Shown here: one piece after another, positions 20,801 through 34,662 of the stretch
Layout of the letters: each line of letters opens with the position of its first letter
Numbering within the stretch: the stretch's first letter is position 1
Origin: Spirogloea muscicola
Lineage: Eukaryota
DNA: 39,064 nt
NCBI GenBank assembly: GCA_009602725.1
Contig: WELB01000018.1
Coordinates: 799,831 to 838,894, forward strand
Direction: 5' to 3'
Made by a program: the position numbers and the translations under genes
Notes under the pieces: model-generated
Seen by the model: only the letters and a program-made list of their open reading frames with translations
Told to the model about the DNA's origin: nothing
Databases searched by the model: none

Positions 20801-23042
20801 ACAATCAACATCAAGCTCACAGACTGCCAATATTCAAAGCATGAGTAGGAATGGTTTTGTTGTCCACTATAAGCTGCAAAACCAGCAGGTGGCAACACAC
20901 CAGAGGGTTCTGATTGAATCTGGAGTCCATTGTTGCATTCCTCACGATTAAGCAAGGCTTCTTCCTGTGCACCGGTAATGAGATTCACATCAGCTGTAAA
21001 AGGTTAGCATTGGCTGCTTGGTAGATCTAGAGAAAGTAGTCAACCCACGAACTTTCTCCAGAGTCGTGAAATAAAGAGATGAAGGCTTGCAGCCTAAGGC
21101 CTATGAACACCTCCTTCAAAGCTTTCCCTCACCATCAGCAACCACTACGAATTTGTGACTGGTGGAGAAGGTCTGACTTGCTGCCAAATTGCCCCTTGGG
21201 CAAGCAGATGTTCAGTGATGAAACATTGAAATAATTAAGGAGGAGGTAATGAGATTTGTACGCTGGAAGAAGAGTGTAAGCACAGAATGAGGAGCAGCGA
21301 TCAGTCTCTGTCACTCCTGGCAGTCCCACATTTGACTGCAGAAATGCAGGACATTCTTCTCTCAGGAACCATGTATACCAGATCAAACAAGCTGGTGCAT
21401 CAAAGAAGGGTGCTATAAGGTACTGACAAGTCGTTTAGGACTCCTTTGTTATCTACTTCCTACGCACTTCTCATAGCTGCACAGGATTTCAAAGTTTACT
21501 TATATAGTGATTACCTTGAACCACTGCCTCTTGCTATCCACCAAGGAGACTAGAGCAACAGGACACTGCACCGTCACAATCCTCTGCATGTTAGTCTCAG
21601 ATGATTACTCTTGACAGGAACAAAGCAACGCCCAGCTGCAATATGTTGAATGTCAAAAGGCTCTGGACCACAAGACGATGGTAATTGCAAGTGGCAGCTC
21701 CTGTAAGTAGGGTAACAAGCAGGGAAGAGAGGCAGACCTGGAAAAGCTTGCCTGCAAGAGCTGTCAGCCGGTCATATCTCGGCTCTGGTGCCTGTCATTG
21801 CCAAACAACCAATTCCTTCATGACTGATGTAGAATGCAAAAGCAGGCTCACTCATTCTTTCGCAAATGCCTGTGGTACTACGGCACCATGGCCATTGCAG
21901 TAAATTCATCTCTGGCATGGTCGACGAACACAGAGCCATAAATAGTAATGTACTGGACACAAGCTGGCTGAAAAATAACTCCGACTGTGCTTGTGACAAG
22001 TAAGCTCCATACCGTGTCAAGAAGATTATAATTCCTCAAAACCTGTAATCTGAAATCTTCATTTGATGGAAAAGGGGCGCCCTGCTGACAAAGCACAATA
22101 CACCCTGCTGAGATACCGTCTCTGACACCCATGTCTTTACTGGTCCAAGCTTTTGGTCATACCCTTTCCGATAAGTTAGGCACGTTCTTTCGTACAGACG
22201 GAACAGCAGAGTGAAGTGCTTCACGATGGATGCCACAAGGCCACGTGCAAGCGATTGCCTTGCAAGTTGCAACCACGTCCGACATGAGTGCACCAAAAGC
22301 CATACTCCACACCATTCGCTATGTGCCTCACCTGTGCACCAAAAGCCATACTCCACACCATTCGCTATGTGCCTCACCTGGGCATTGAAAATAGAGCCCT
22401 CCTTTGGTCGCTCTGGACCAAGGGTCATGGGGTAAAACACTTCATCGACTGAGTCCTTGCTCTCGGAAGTCGCCGCATCGTCGTCAAAGTTCGCCTGCTG
22501 CCCGTCCAGGCTGACCTGCTGCGCCTCGAGGTACTCGCGGAGGTCCGAGGCATTGCTCTGGGTCCTGAAGTCCTGCGACCGGCCGGATGGCGATCTGAAG
22601 TTGATGTCGAGCTGGAACAGGAGAGAGATTGTCAGAACAGTGCCGACAACAAGGCCAGCGGCCTGGCAACCGGCAACGAGGAGCTGCGGAGCGGCCACTC
22701 AGTGCAGAATGTGTCACAGTGGGAGCTCTGCCAGTCAATTGGCCAAGAGGAGCTCGAGGCTCGTGCTGTGCTCGCCGGCCTTTGACTCACAGGATGCGAG
22801 TAGTCGAGGCCGGAGTGCGACCGCTCCAGCGGGTACATCTGCTCCGCCGCGGCCGCCGGGAAGGCGAAGTCGCCGTTCGTCAGCGACCCCGCGCTGCCGG
22901 CGGCGTCCTCCTCCGCGAAGTCCTGCAGCCTGCTCTTGACCATGTCGGAGCCTGCCTCTCCCGCGCCGTGCTCCCGGGCGGCCTGCGCGCCCTTGCTGGC
23001 GGCGGCGGCCTCGTCCGCATCCTTAGTGACGACGCAGCCCAT
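14860..23042 (-). CDS. Hybrid sensor histidine kinase: N-terminal acylation motif, GAF, LOV-like PAS, HisKA, HATPase_c, pseudo-receiver, receiver; more than 20 exons
   Basis: MGCVVTK start. GAF: PFPSNEDFRLQVLRNYNLLDT / APEPRYDRLTALA / PVALVSLVDSKRQWFK / SFCAYT / DSRFNQNPL / VTGAPHIRFYAGAPL / CVIDFKPR. PAS: PIVFVNEGWEKITGY..NYRKDGTPFWN. H-box FVANISHEIRTPMNAI; N-box RLRQILTNLLSNA; G1 VRDTGIG; G2 GTGLGMAI. Receiver: ILIAEDNLINQK, DLILMDLQMPEMDG, ALTA, YLSKP. Confidence 0.93.
22289..22380. repeat. Perfect 46-bp tandem duplication spanning a splice donor
   Basis: TGCACCAAAAGCCATACTCCACACCATTCGCTATGTGCCTCACCTG occurs twice (22289-22334 and 22335-22380). Confidence 0.95.
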
Positions 23043-23494
23043 CGTCGCGGCCGTGTGGCATCAGAGGCCGCACGAGGCCCCGGGGTCCTGCGGCCGCGAT
23101 ATCCGCCGCCGCATCGCCCTCCGCTGAGGCCGCCGCCGTCGCCGCCGCCGCCGCCGCCGGGAGAGCCCCGCCGAGAAGCGCNGTGGCGCGCGGGATGCGG
23201 AGCGGCGCGGGTGGGGAATGCGGGGCAGGTCGGGTTAGCGGCGGAGGCCGGCGGCCAGCAGCGCGCTCACGGTGCCGAGGCGGCGCCGTCAGCCGCGACG
23301 GCGCGCCAGGGGGGCCGTGCCGGCGTTAGGCGGGACGCTTCCTCGACAGAACGCCGACGGAACGGCGTGAACCCCAAAACCTCCATTTCCGGTCTGTTGC
23401 ACTCCTCTTCTGTCCCTCGCTTTCTGGCTACCTTTGCTGCTTCCGCTGCTTGGGGTCTCAAGAAAGACGAAGGCGCGGCCAGATTGACTGGTGG

Positions 23495-24241
23495 CTGTTA
23501 GAGGCCAGCCCAAAGGAATGGACAAGGTCCGAAGGAGCCGGGTGGTGCAGAAAGCAAGGTGCTGAGTGCTAAGACGGCGGCAAGAGGTCTCTTAGTAACC
23601 TCGAGGAGATGCAAATCAGAATAGCTAGCAAAAAGATAAGAAACACGCGGCTCTTCCGACTCAAGGCAATGGTCCATCTCTTCCAGTGTAGGGCAATGGC
23701 TGTGAGATTCCAGCCCCGAAAGATGTAAGCTCATCCACAGGGGGCGAGGGCTGTGAAAAGCCAGCCCGAAAAGTGTTGACATATACTTCCAGCGGTCCCA
23801 GGCTCACGGAGTGCACTTGCGGGCGAGCCGTGCCATAGCTGCTGACTTACTTCTGCTCTTTTGGGCTGGCCTTCTGCAACCGACGCCCCCTGTGGAAGAG
23901 CTTCTTCCATCTTGCCTTGTACTGACCTTGTTCCAGTCTGTAGGGCTGGCCTTCCACAGCCGATTGCCCCTGTATGACAGAGCTATCTGTTCTTGGGCTG
24001 GCGGTATTTGTGGCTTGGCTGGTGTTCTCGTCTTGGGGCCTCCACCTGGTTTATCAATCTTCTAGGCTGGCCTTTCACAACCATCCCCTCCCCTCGTTTT
24101 TCTATAGAGGGGATGGTTCGACGAAGAGCTTCATCTTCTGGGCTGCGTGCTCTCGCTGCTGGACATCGTTCCCTATACTAGGTCCTAGTACTATGCCTTT
24201 TCTGTCTGGCCTATCACAGTCTTAGCCCCCTGTGAAGCAGC
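23495..24241. repeat. Cluster of about 8 degenerate motif-A copies upstream of the kinase
   Basis: Forward copies at 23495, 23678 and 23729; reverse copies at about 23852, 23930, 23987, 24049 and 24188. Core (T)TGGGCTGGCCTYTCACAGCC. Confidence 0.8.
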
Positions 24242-24824
24242 CCATATTCCTCCACCTCCAAAAGTAGGCTCGCCCCAGGCTTCAGTTATTGAGAACATCG
24301 ATCTGCTCTTCTTGAAGTTCAAAAGCTGAAGTTCGAGGTTCGAGGATCGAGGTTTACTAGTTGGTCAGAGGTGCTGTGCCTGAACTGCTCGCCTGCATGG
24401 CGGGGGAAGTCTTCACAAGTTGCTTGTCTCAGTTAGACAAGTCGGTCAAAAGGGAAGTTTTAGCTGGGCCTCAACTCCAGAGCCTTGTTGAGCCAGCAGG
24501 GAAGCCCTGACAATCAAACTTGGCCATAGAAACCTGAAGTAAGCTGCAAGTCCTGCAGGCTGGTAGGTGGAGGAGGGAGGGCGTGGTATGTTGCACACCA
24601 GTACGTTGACAATGGTACTTGTCCAGTGTGTTGTGCATGCCAAGAACCACAGAACATTACTTTGATAGCGGCCTGCAGGTATTGCACATTACACTACCAG
24701 ACTTCCTTGACAATATAGGTGCTACTAATGGCCAATTATGTGTAAATAAAAGAATCACAGAAAGTCATTCACTTGCGACATGTATGCAACACCGCAAGTA
24801 AAAGAGTCTGAGCATGGTAAAGCC

Positions 24825-27800
24825 TTAAGGAGCAGTCTTGGGATCATGTGGCAGGGTTGTCAGAGCCTCATTCATAGATCTCACAAAAACGGTCTGCAAG
24901 GGAGTCGCCATCTGCAAAGACCGGTGTTTGATGTTGTTGGCATCAGATTTGCGTGTGTGTGAAGTCACTTCCAGCAAAAACACAGGTCTCCTCGTGATGT
25001 TGGTTATTTGCTTCTTTGACTAGCCTCCAGTTGTTGACTTTTAAGTGCTAGTTGCAGTAGATCAGTTCTGGCCACGGAGAAGCAAGTCTTACTCCTTCGG
25101 GTGGCTCAGGAATGGGCTTGGGCAGACCCCCGGTCGTGTAGTCGCGCTTATCCCAATGCCACAATAGAGTCCCACTCTCCGTCTGCTATACAGATATACG
25201 GCCATCACACACCGATCGAATTGTACCACCTACAAAACTCTCAACTGATGGTTCCATCTTGGCCTTGTTCGCCACAGATTGTTAAATACCCGTGATGGCT
25301 TACGGAAGTGAGACATCACTGGGGCAAGTACCTTGATGTCTTGACCCCACGTGTAGTGGATGATAGCAGCATCCCCAAGGATGGAATCAGCAGGAGGCTG
25401 TATTCAACACAAGCCCAAATCAATGGGGTCAATAATGTATGCATACTAAGCACATCATCACGGCCTCTTGAGTTGTTCAACCACATCTGGGTGCTTTCGT
25501 CAAGGGAACAGCAAATATATCTCAACTAGCAGACACTGTCACTGACTTCTATGAGAAGCAAGAACAAGCTCCAAATAAGTTAAGCAAGGCGAACAAATCT
25601 GCTGGCTCTCCTTACTGCTTGCTTGGCACTGGTCTCCCAGGCCATGGCCCGAACATCAATAAAGCCTTGCTTTAAGTGAAGACAAACTCTCTTATAAGCT
25701 CACCTGTACCATGATCGCATGCGGCACTAGTGGCAAATCGATCGGCATCTTAGCCAATGCTGCGGATATGCTGAAGGCATACATCTCTCTCACCCACCTG
25801 CATATCACGAGCAAGTACCCGACAACAAGAGTTGATGCAAAGACTTGAGCAAGTCAAAAGCCCGTCCACCAGTACTACACTTGGGCTGCAATGTATCAGT
25901 GTTTGGCAAACAATCCAGATGCAAGAAATACATGGCCTTCATGCTGAATGCATTGCAATGTACAAACTTGGCCAGTAAGCACACTTGTTGACACACACTG
26001 CTGATAAGACCGAAAATCAGACGGCTACTGTATTGCTCAGAGATGCCATGCAGATAATTCTAACCCGAGCTCCTCCTTGGCAACTGAATCAGCCTCTATC
26101 TGGGCAGTAATTTTGACCCAAATGGGATTTACTCGCCTGCAATGCACAACATCACGTTCAGCATAGTAAGAACGACATGTGGGGATTTTTGAAGCACGTG
26201 TAAGATATCGAGGAGCTCAGAAAGCTGAGGAGGAGCTCAAAATAAAGAGCAGGTGCGACAAGGAAATGGTGCCTTGTGGAGTAAGGAGTATTAAACAGGC
26301 AGCTCTAGATGACACACCGGAGATCCTCAGTCTTGAGTATAACAGGAGCATTTCCCGTGCCAGGGATGTCACTCAGATTACCCGGATAGAATCTGCAAGA
26401 TGCAGGAACCACTCTCAGTCCTTTCTGTGGCTGTCATTAGAGCTCGCATGTTAAGTTTGTACGACTACATCCCAGTAATTATCACAAGTCTCAGCATGTA
26501 CAGCACCCATCACGTCACTGTGAAAGCACACTGAGTAAGAAGTACAAGATAGAAGTGATTCTCAGAATGACAGTTGTATGGAGAACCAACACCAACAAGT
26601 ATGGACAGATTGAAGGGAAGACAGATTGTAAGGCACGTGGCATATATGCATCCCAATGCATCCTAAGTACTTTCAGCCAAAGGTAGGGGCTGACTTGTGC
26701 ATTGTTTTCTCGATTGTAGGGAACGTGGGAATGATGTAACCAAATGGAAATCCAAGGGCTCTGCCGCTGACTGGTACGTCAAGAGGCCTGAAGGGCCACC
26801 ATAACAGCAACTTAACATTGGGCTTCCAAGCCCAAAACAAGAAGGAAGAGCAAGTCGGACAGGAGACAGGCTAAGTCTACGACAGAAGCTTTGACGTTGA
26901 CATGTATTTTGTGCACTGGTTAGTACGAAGGAGGAAGCTAGTATACCAAGCGACATACGGGTTGTCACATTGCTTCTTGACATTGGTGCAGGGTTTTGAC
27001 CATGAGCAAGACTTTCTCCGTATGACCTGATCAGACACCTTGAAGCTTATGTTGACGAGTTTGTGCATTGGGGCTATGCATACTTGACGAAGACATAGTC
27101 AGTCTCGATCATGGCCACCCAGTCACCCTTGACGTCCCCAGAGTCCAGCCACTGCTGGATGGCCCAAGGGCGGGAAGCCACAGGGTAGTCACACCAGACA
27201 TCGCACTTGGGGTCCAGCGGATCAACCCTTAACTGCAAGTTGTGCGCAGGCCGGAAGCACAATGACCATGTTCAGCACCAGCTAATGTTTATGAGTGCCA
27301 CCTATTTATGCCATTAGCCACATTCGCAGACATCTATCTTGATTGTGCACCTAACAGCTTTGCTATGAAGCAGCTCAGTGTTACACACCGTGTGCATCTC
27401 AAACATGAGATCATCCTCCATCGTCCGGTGCAGCACCCTTGTGAACCACTTCATGTCACTGCCAGGAACAGCAGCTACCTGCTGCCGCACCAGGGCTTCA
27501 TGAGACTAAGCCTCTGCCAGGTTGTGCCAGACATTGATAAGCCCAAGATGACAGGATCACGGCAGCCTTGCATGCCACGCAGCCAGATGCTCCTTGAAGC
27601 ATGGTAGATCACTGACCTTGAGGAAAGTGTAGTACATGATGCGGGCCTGCCAGTTCATATAGGCATTGCCGTTGCTGGTGACCATGACGTGAATGCCAGT
27701 TCCTGGCGGGGGCTCCACCCAATTCTTTGTCCTGCCTGTCCCTTGAAGGGCCGAGGAGGCAAGGCCCCCAGTCTTTGCCAGTCTTGTGGCATCCTTTGCC

Positions 27801-30800
27801 TTGATAGCTTCTATTTGAGCTGGAGTCTTGTTCTCAACTTCTTGGAGCTCAAGCAGCTCTGTGTTTGTGTATTTAGGCAGGCTATCAATTGCCTCATTAA
27901 TCAATTGAATGAGTACCTTCTGTCCCTCTGTTGCCTGCAAGCAACACACTACATGAATACAGAAGCCTGCAGGTCACTCCAGCCTTGCAAATCTGGCAGC
28001 TGTTTCGGCTGATACAGTATATACAGGCTTATCTGCTGGTTTACCACTACGGCTAAGGCAAGAGTGGGCGGTTATCAGCTTGCACATCATGTACTAGATC
28101 AGCATGTGCTTCAGAGACATTTAATACCACAGCGTATCGTTACCTGTTCGAGCACACTGTATCCCAGATATACCAAGAGTGTGTTGTAGACCATCTTACC
28201 AGATCCTGTGGAGGCTCAAGTATCCGGTCTGGCATCCCCCGAGCTGTATATGTGCGCTTATCGAAGGACCAAACTACCCGCTTGCTCTCATTATCCTGCA
28301 TCATGAACCTATGAGGACTTCACCAGCTGCAGGAAAGGCAGCTAGCTGCCAATTGCACTCAATGAAATGTGTCGCAACACATAAGACATCTTCCATCCAA
28401 CCAATCAGGTGCTCCATGTCTTGTAAAGCAGACAGCCTGTACTGAAGTGCAGGTCTGCCTCTTTAGTACCTTGATGACACTACCCCAAGTGTAGTGCAGG
28501 AGGAGTGCATCACCCACAACCTCGTCCGCTGGAGGCTGGAACAGTGGAAAGCACGTACTTTGAGCAATCTCAAAGTTGGTGGTATATGGCAGCAAAGAAA
28601 ATGGAAAACAGATAGAACCCTTCCACGAAGCACCTGCTGCTGTATTCTCCACTGCTAGATCTTCGACATTTGTGTGCAGACCATGCTAAGCAAGCTCCAT
28701 AATGCTGCACAATGTCTAGATAGACAGCACTGTAGCCACCTCTCGGCATTGTGGACCAAGCCGGCTAACAGCTGAGGCGAGCATACCTGGCTCATGATCG
28801 CGCCTGGCATAGCCGGGAGGTCAATCTCAACCTTTGCCTTTGCAGCGGCCAGCGAGAAGGCATACATCTCCCTCACCCACCTGCAGCAGACAGCCCCAGC
28901 ACAGCTTTGATCTAGCTCTACAGGCAGTGAAGAGGGCTAGCAAGGCAAAGAGAACATGGTCTTGCTGCCATCCCACAAGGAGCTTCAAGGCTCCTGCAGA
29001 GAGCTCACCCAAGCGCCTGCTTGGCATCTTCATCAGCCTCAATCTTGGCAGTAAGATCCACCCACAGAGGCACCATTCGCCTGGCCAAGGAAAAGGGGAT
29101 CCCAATGCGTTTGTGACAAACGTCTCATGGCAGCATCTGCACTGTCTGCGACTATCCCTTCAAGGGATTTCTAGCAGCAGCTTCGGCCACGTCTGCAGCG
29201 AAAACCTTGCGTGACGCTAGTGAATTTGATGAATTTGATACAGTTTATTGATAACAAGGCCTGCTGTATTGCGAAGCCCAGCTGAATGGAAAAACAGCAA
29301 GTAGACTGCAACTTGATTGAGCCCGACAGACTCTGCTGAAGAACGACCACGCAGAAATGACTTGAAAAGGCATGATGAACATCAAAGCGTCTTATTACGG
29401 AGGCACTTTAAGTAACTCACCGCAGCTCTGAGGTGGGCATGAGAGTTGGTGCATTGCCAGTGCCTGGAATGTCCTTAATATCACCCTCCGGAAAGTATCT
29501 GCCCATATCGACAAAGCTTGCAGTGAAAATCAGTAAGCTTTGCACTGCAAGATAATTGAGACTTGCTCGTGTGATGTGCTGATATGAATGTTTAAGGAGG
29601 CACAGAATCTCCAAAGCTTGAGCATGGCAGGCGGCATGCGTATGCGTGCCTTTCCATGACGCTGCTGACAGAGCCGTGCATTGGTGAGATGTAGCCAAAT
29701 GGAAAGCCAATGGAGCGCCCAGTTGCTGGTATCCTGGCTGGCCTGCAGCATAAGAACCAGAGCAAACTCAGTAGATGTTAGATGTAAAATTCAAGATCTA
29801 GCCACTACCTCTCCGCACCTCTTGTTCTGTAGACGGTGCTGTGACCAACTCCAACTTAGCAACGAAGCCTGCGACTTTACCAAGGAATTCTGACGTGTCC
29901 GGCTCTAATCACTGGCTACATTTGATAAGCAATCTGACAAACGAGCAAGCTGCCTGGCAGAGCAAACAAAGTGATCCTCTGAGAGATCTAGCCATTAGGT
30001 GTCAGATATTCGCATGCTCACTTAACAAACACATAGTCGGTCTCAATCATGAACACCCAGTCTCCTTTGGGGTCGTCCGAGTCCAGCCACTGCTGGATGG
30101 CATTGGGCCGGCTGGCAACCGGGTACTCGCACCTGAAAGGCCATGCAACCTGGCCCGCGTCACAGTTGTGACCACCTCGCAGTCATTCGGCAGAGCGCAA
30201 GCTGCTTGGCCGCTCCTCATCCATGATCACTGACAAGACGGCTGAAGTTCGTCTGTGTGAGGGTCTGGAGGTGGACTGCCTCACAGACTCTTAAGTGTTC
30301 TCTGGGGCTTGGCAGGAAAAGCCAAAGAAGCAGTGCCCTGAGCTGCTACTTTGCATGTCAAGCTGTAACTACCATCAGCACTGCTGGCTGAGGGATAGTG
30401 ACAAAAGCATATAGGATGCTCACCACTCATCGCACGTCGGATCCAGCGGTTCCACCCTGAACTGCATCGTCACGACCAAAGAATCTCAAGCAATCCGTCA
30501 CACAGAAGTAGGTACAATTGGTATTCCGGTGGAAGTAACAGGTGTTACTTACCACTTATATTGTCATATATGTACGGCACGATGATTTTCACTAGGGACT
30601 TGACTTTGACACCGACTCCGATCTTTGACTCGACTTGTTGAGCTGAGCTCTGACCGTGGGGATCTCCTCCATGAGTGCGTCGGGCTTGGAGCGGTGCAAG
30701 ACCCTTGTGAAGTACTTCATGTCGCTCTCTGGCAGAGCGGCGACCTGGTGAAGACCACCCACACGTGTCAAAGCGGGTCCGCCGAGGCAAGGAGCTACAC

Positions 30801-32023
30801 AGAGTGCTGTCTCGTCACCTTACTACGACAGCAGAGGAGCGCCTACATTCTGACCATTCGACTGCATTTACTCAATGGTCATCCTTTCGAGTAGCTGATG
30901 CTGTTGAGAGAGGGAAAGGCAGCGCGACCTTCTGGTAGGTGTGGTACATGATGCGGTTCTGCCAGTTGAGGTACGGCGAGCCATTGCTGGTGACGATGAC
31001 GTGAATGCCTCCCCGCCCGGACGACTTGCCGCCGCCGGCAGCCTGCCCGAACTGCTCCCGCACGTCCCGCACCAACGCCTCCTCGCGCTCACGCCGCTCC
31101 CGGGCTTGCCGGCCTGCCGTGGCCGTCACCGTCGGCTGAACGCCGCCACACGCCAGGACGAAGCTGGCATCTCAGACCACGAAGTGGGCCGCAACCGCGG
31201 GGCGGACAGCGGCAGGTCTGTCTGGCCAGGCGTCAACGGCAGCCACAGATGGCAGTGCGGGATCCTGTCCGAGCTGCGCGTCAAGCTCGTCCTTGGCCAT
31301 GGCAAGCAGCGGCAGCCCCAGCTGCTCGAGCTCGAGCTCAAGCTCCTTGGGCGCTGCCACTGTCGTTCACTACTTCGCGGGCAAAGCCGGGACACAATGC
31401 AGGCCGCGATGCCAAGCCCCAGCAGTGCCGAGGGAGCCGCGCGGGGCAGAAGCAGTGGAGCCGGGCCGCGGCAGTGTGAGGGCCAGTGGCACAGTGGCCT
31501 GCAGCGACGGCGCAGAGAGAGCTGGGGAAACGGTGGCGGCGGGGAGAGGGGGCGGCCCGCAGCCTCACCTTGATCCTCCGCAGGTCGTCCGAGCCATAGC
31601 CGTCGGCCACGTCCTCGCTGCGCGCGGGCGCCAGGACGCCGACGGCGGCGGCCGCCGTCAGCGCGGCGCGGCGAGAGGCCGAGCGAGCGCACGGCGCGGC
31701 GGGGACTCGGAGGAGCCCGAGCGAGCGCCATGGCGGTTAAGGCAAGGCCAGCAATGACCGCTCGACCGCACAGGCAGCAGAGCATAGACCGAGCGGACCG
31801 CAGGAACGGTCATTGCCACGGTCGCCGCCGCCGCCGCCGCCGCCGCCGCAGCCGGCGCCGCACTCGGCGGAGGCGAGGGCGGGGAGCTCACTCCTCGTAC
31901 GCGCCGCCGCGGTGGATGCGCAGCTTGGGGCCGAGCCCGATGGCGATCACGCACNCGCGTCGCGGCGCCTCCGGCGGGGCGGGCGAGGCCCGTCTTCTGA
32001 GCGCTGCCTAACCTCGCTTGCAT
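24825..32023 (-). CDS. Hydroxyproline O-arabinosyltransferase (HPAT, GT95)-like protein with two tandem catalytic domains
   Basis: Two complete motif series: GIHV.VTSNG..Y.NWQ.RIMY.T..K / SDMK.FTRVLH / YPVASRP.AIQQWL..MIETDYVFVK / F.FGYI.P / PGTGNAP / WVREMYAFS / PPAD..HYTWG / DKR.YT. Stop TAA at 24825-24827. The start is tentative because of a single N at 31955. Confidence 0.88.
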
Positions 32024-32207
32024 CCCCACTCTCGCCGCCGCCGCCGCCGAAATGACCGATTCGGGGCCCCGCCGCGGCATCTCCGCCACCCGGTCGCCGC
32101 GATCCGCGATTGCGTCGCCGCAGCTCCAAAACTCTGACGCTGACAGCCTCAGCCCCCGAGCGCTGACGCTGACAGCCGAAGCGGCAGTCGCAGCTCCGGC
32201 GCCGCAG

Positions 32208-32250
32208 CTTTATCCGTTATATCTGCTATATCCGCTATATCCGCTACATC
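32208..32250. repeat. Degenerate 9-bp tandem repeat (TATATCCGC), about 4.5 copies
   Basis: TTTATCCGT TATATCTGC TATATCCGC TATATCCGC TACATC. Confidence 0.7.
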
Positions 32251-32703
32251 GTAAGCAGCTGTATCTTCCTAAGCCTCCTTGCTGCAGCACTGTGATGGGG
32301 CCTCGGCTCGAGCAGCCAGGGGCTATCAGGCTCGCACAGCCCCGGTCGTTGGTGTGGATTTGACCAACTGCCAAGGGCACCCTTTCGAGTGCATGGTCGC
32401 GTCCTTGTGACCGATATGAGGAGGCACCATCTCACGCAGCAATGGCTCCGTCAGGGCCTTTGCAGAGTAACAGCAGCCACAGCTTCTCTCCGCTGGCGCA
32501 GCTACTCGCCGGAATGCTTGGGCCTGTACTTGGAGGGCCACTTTCAGAGAAGAAGGCTGCAAGCAGGTTGGATGGGAATGGCAGTAACATTAATGGGAGC
32601 AGGCTGGGGCAAAACTGTGTGGGCAATCTCATTGCCCTGAGTTCGCTCTTTGCAGCCGTCAGTTGAGGGGCCAACAACCGCCTCGCAGCAGCCGACATGG
32701 GAG

Positions 32704-34662
<1,959 letters not shown>

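Noticed and set aside
21133..21158. 26-nt micro-exon (HKFVVVAD) in the GAF domain
   Set aside because: The exon near 20902-20965 (KKPCLIVRNATMDSRFNQNPL) already joins in phase and supplies the motif.
15581..22698. Hydrophobic ORF stretches as transmembrane helices of the kinase (e.g. 15581-15925, 16089-16289, 20434-20804, start of 22036-22698)
   Set aside because: They lie in T-rich introns or the wrong frame once the exons are joined.
23495..24241. CRISPR-like array
   Set aside because: Repeats are degenerate, occur in both orientations and are irregularly spaced; the context is eukaryotic and there are no cas genes.
24310..24355. Short (GTTCGAG)-like repeats as a tRNA/Pol III B-box
   Set aside because: No cloverleaf or A-box is visible; looks like a simple 7-mer repeat.
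27557..27949. Separate second HPAT gene starting here
   Set aside because: No CpG-rich 5' end or signal anchor; the exon begins with the C-terminal helix of domain 1.
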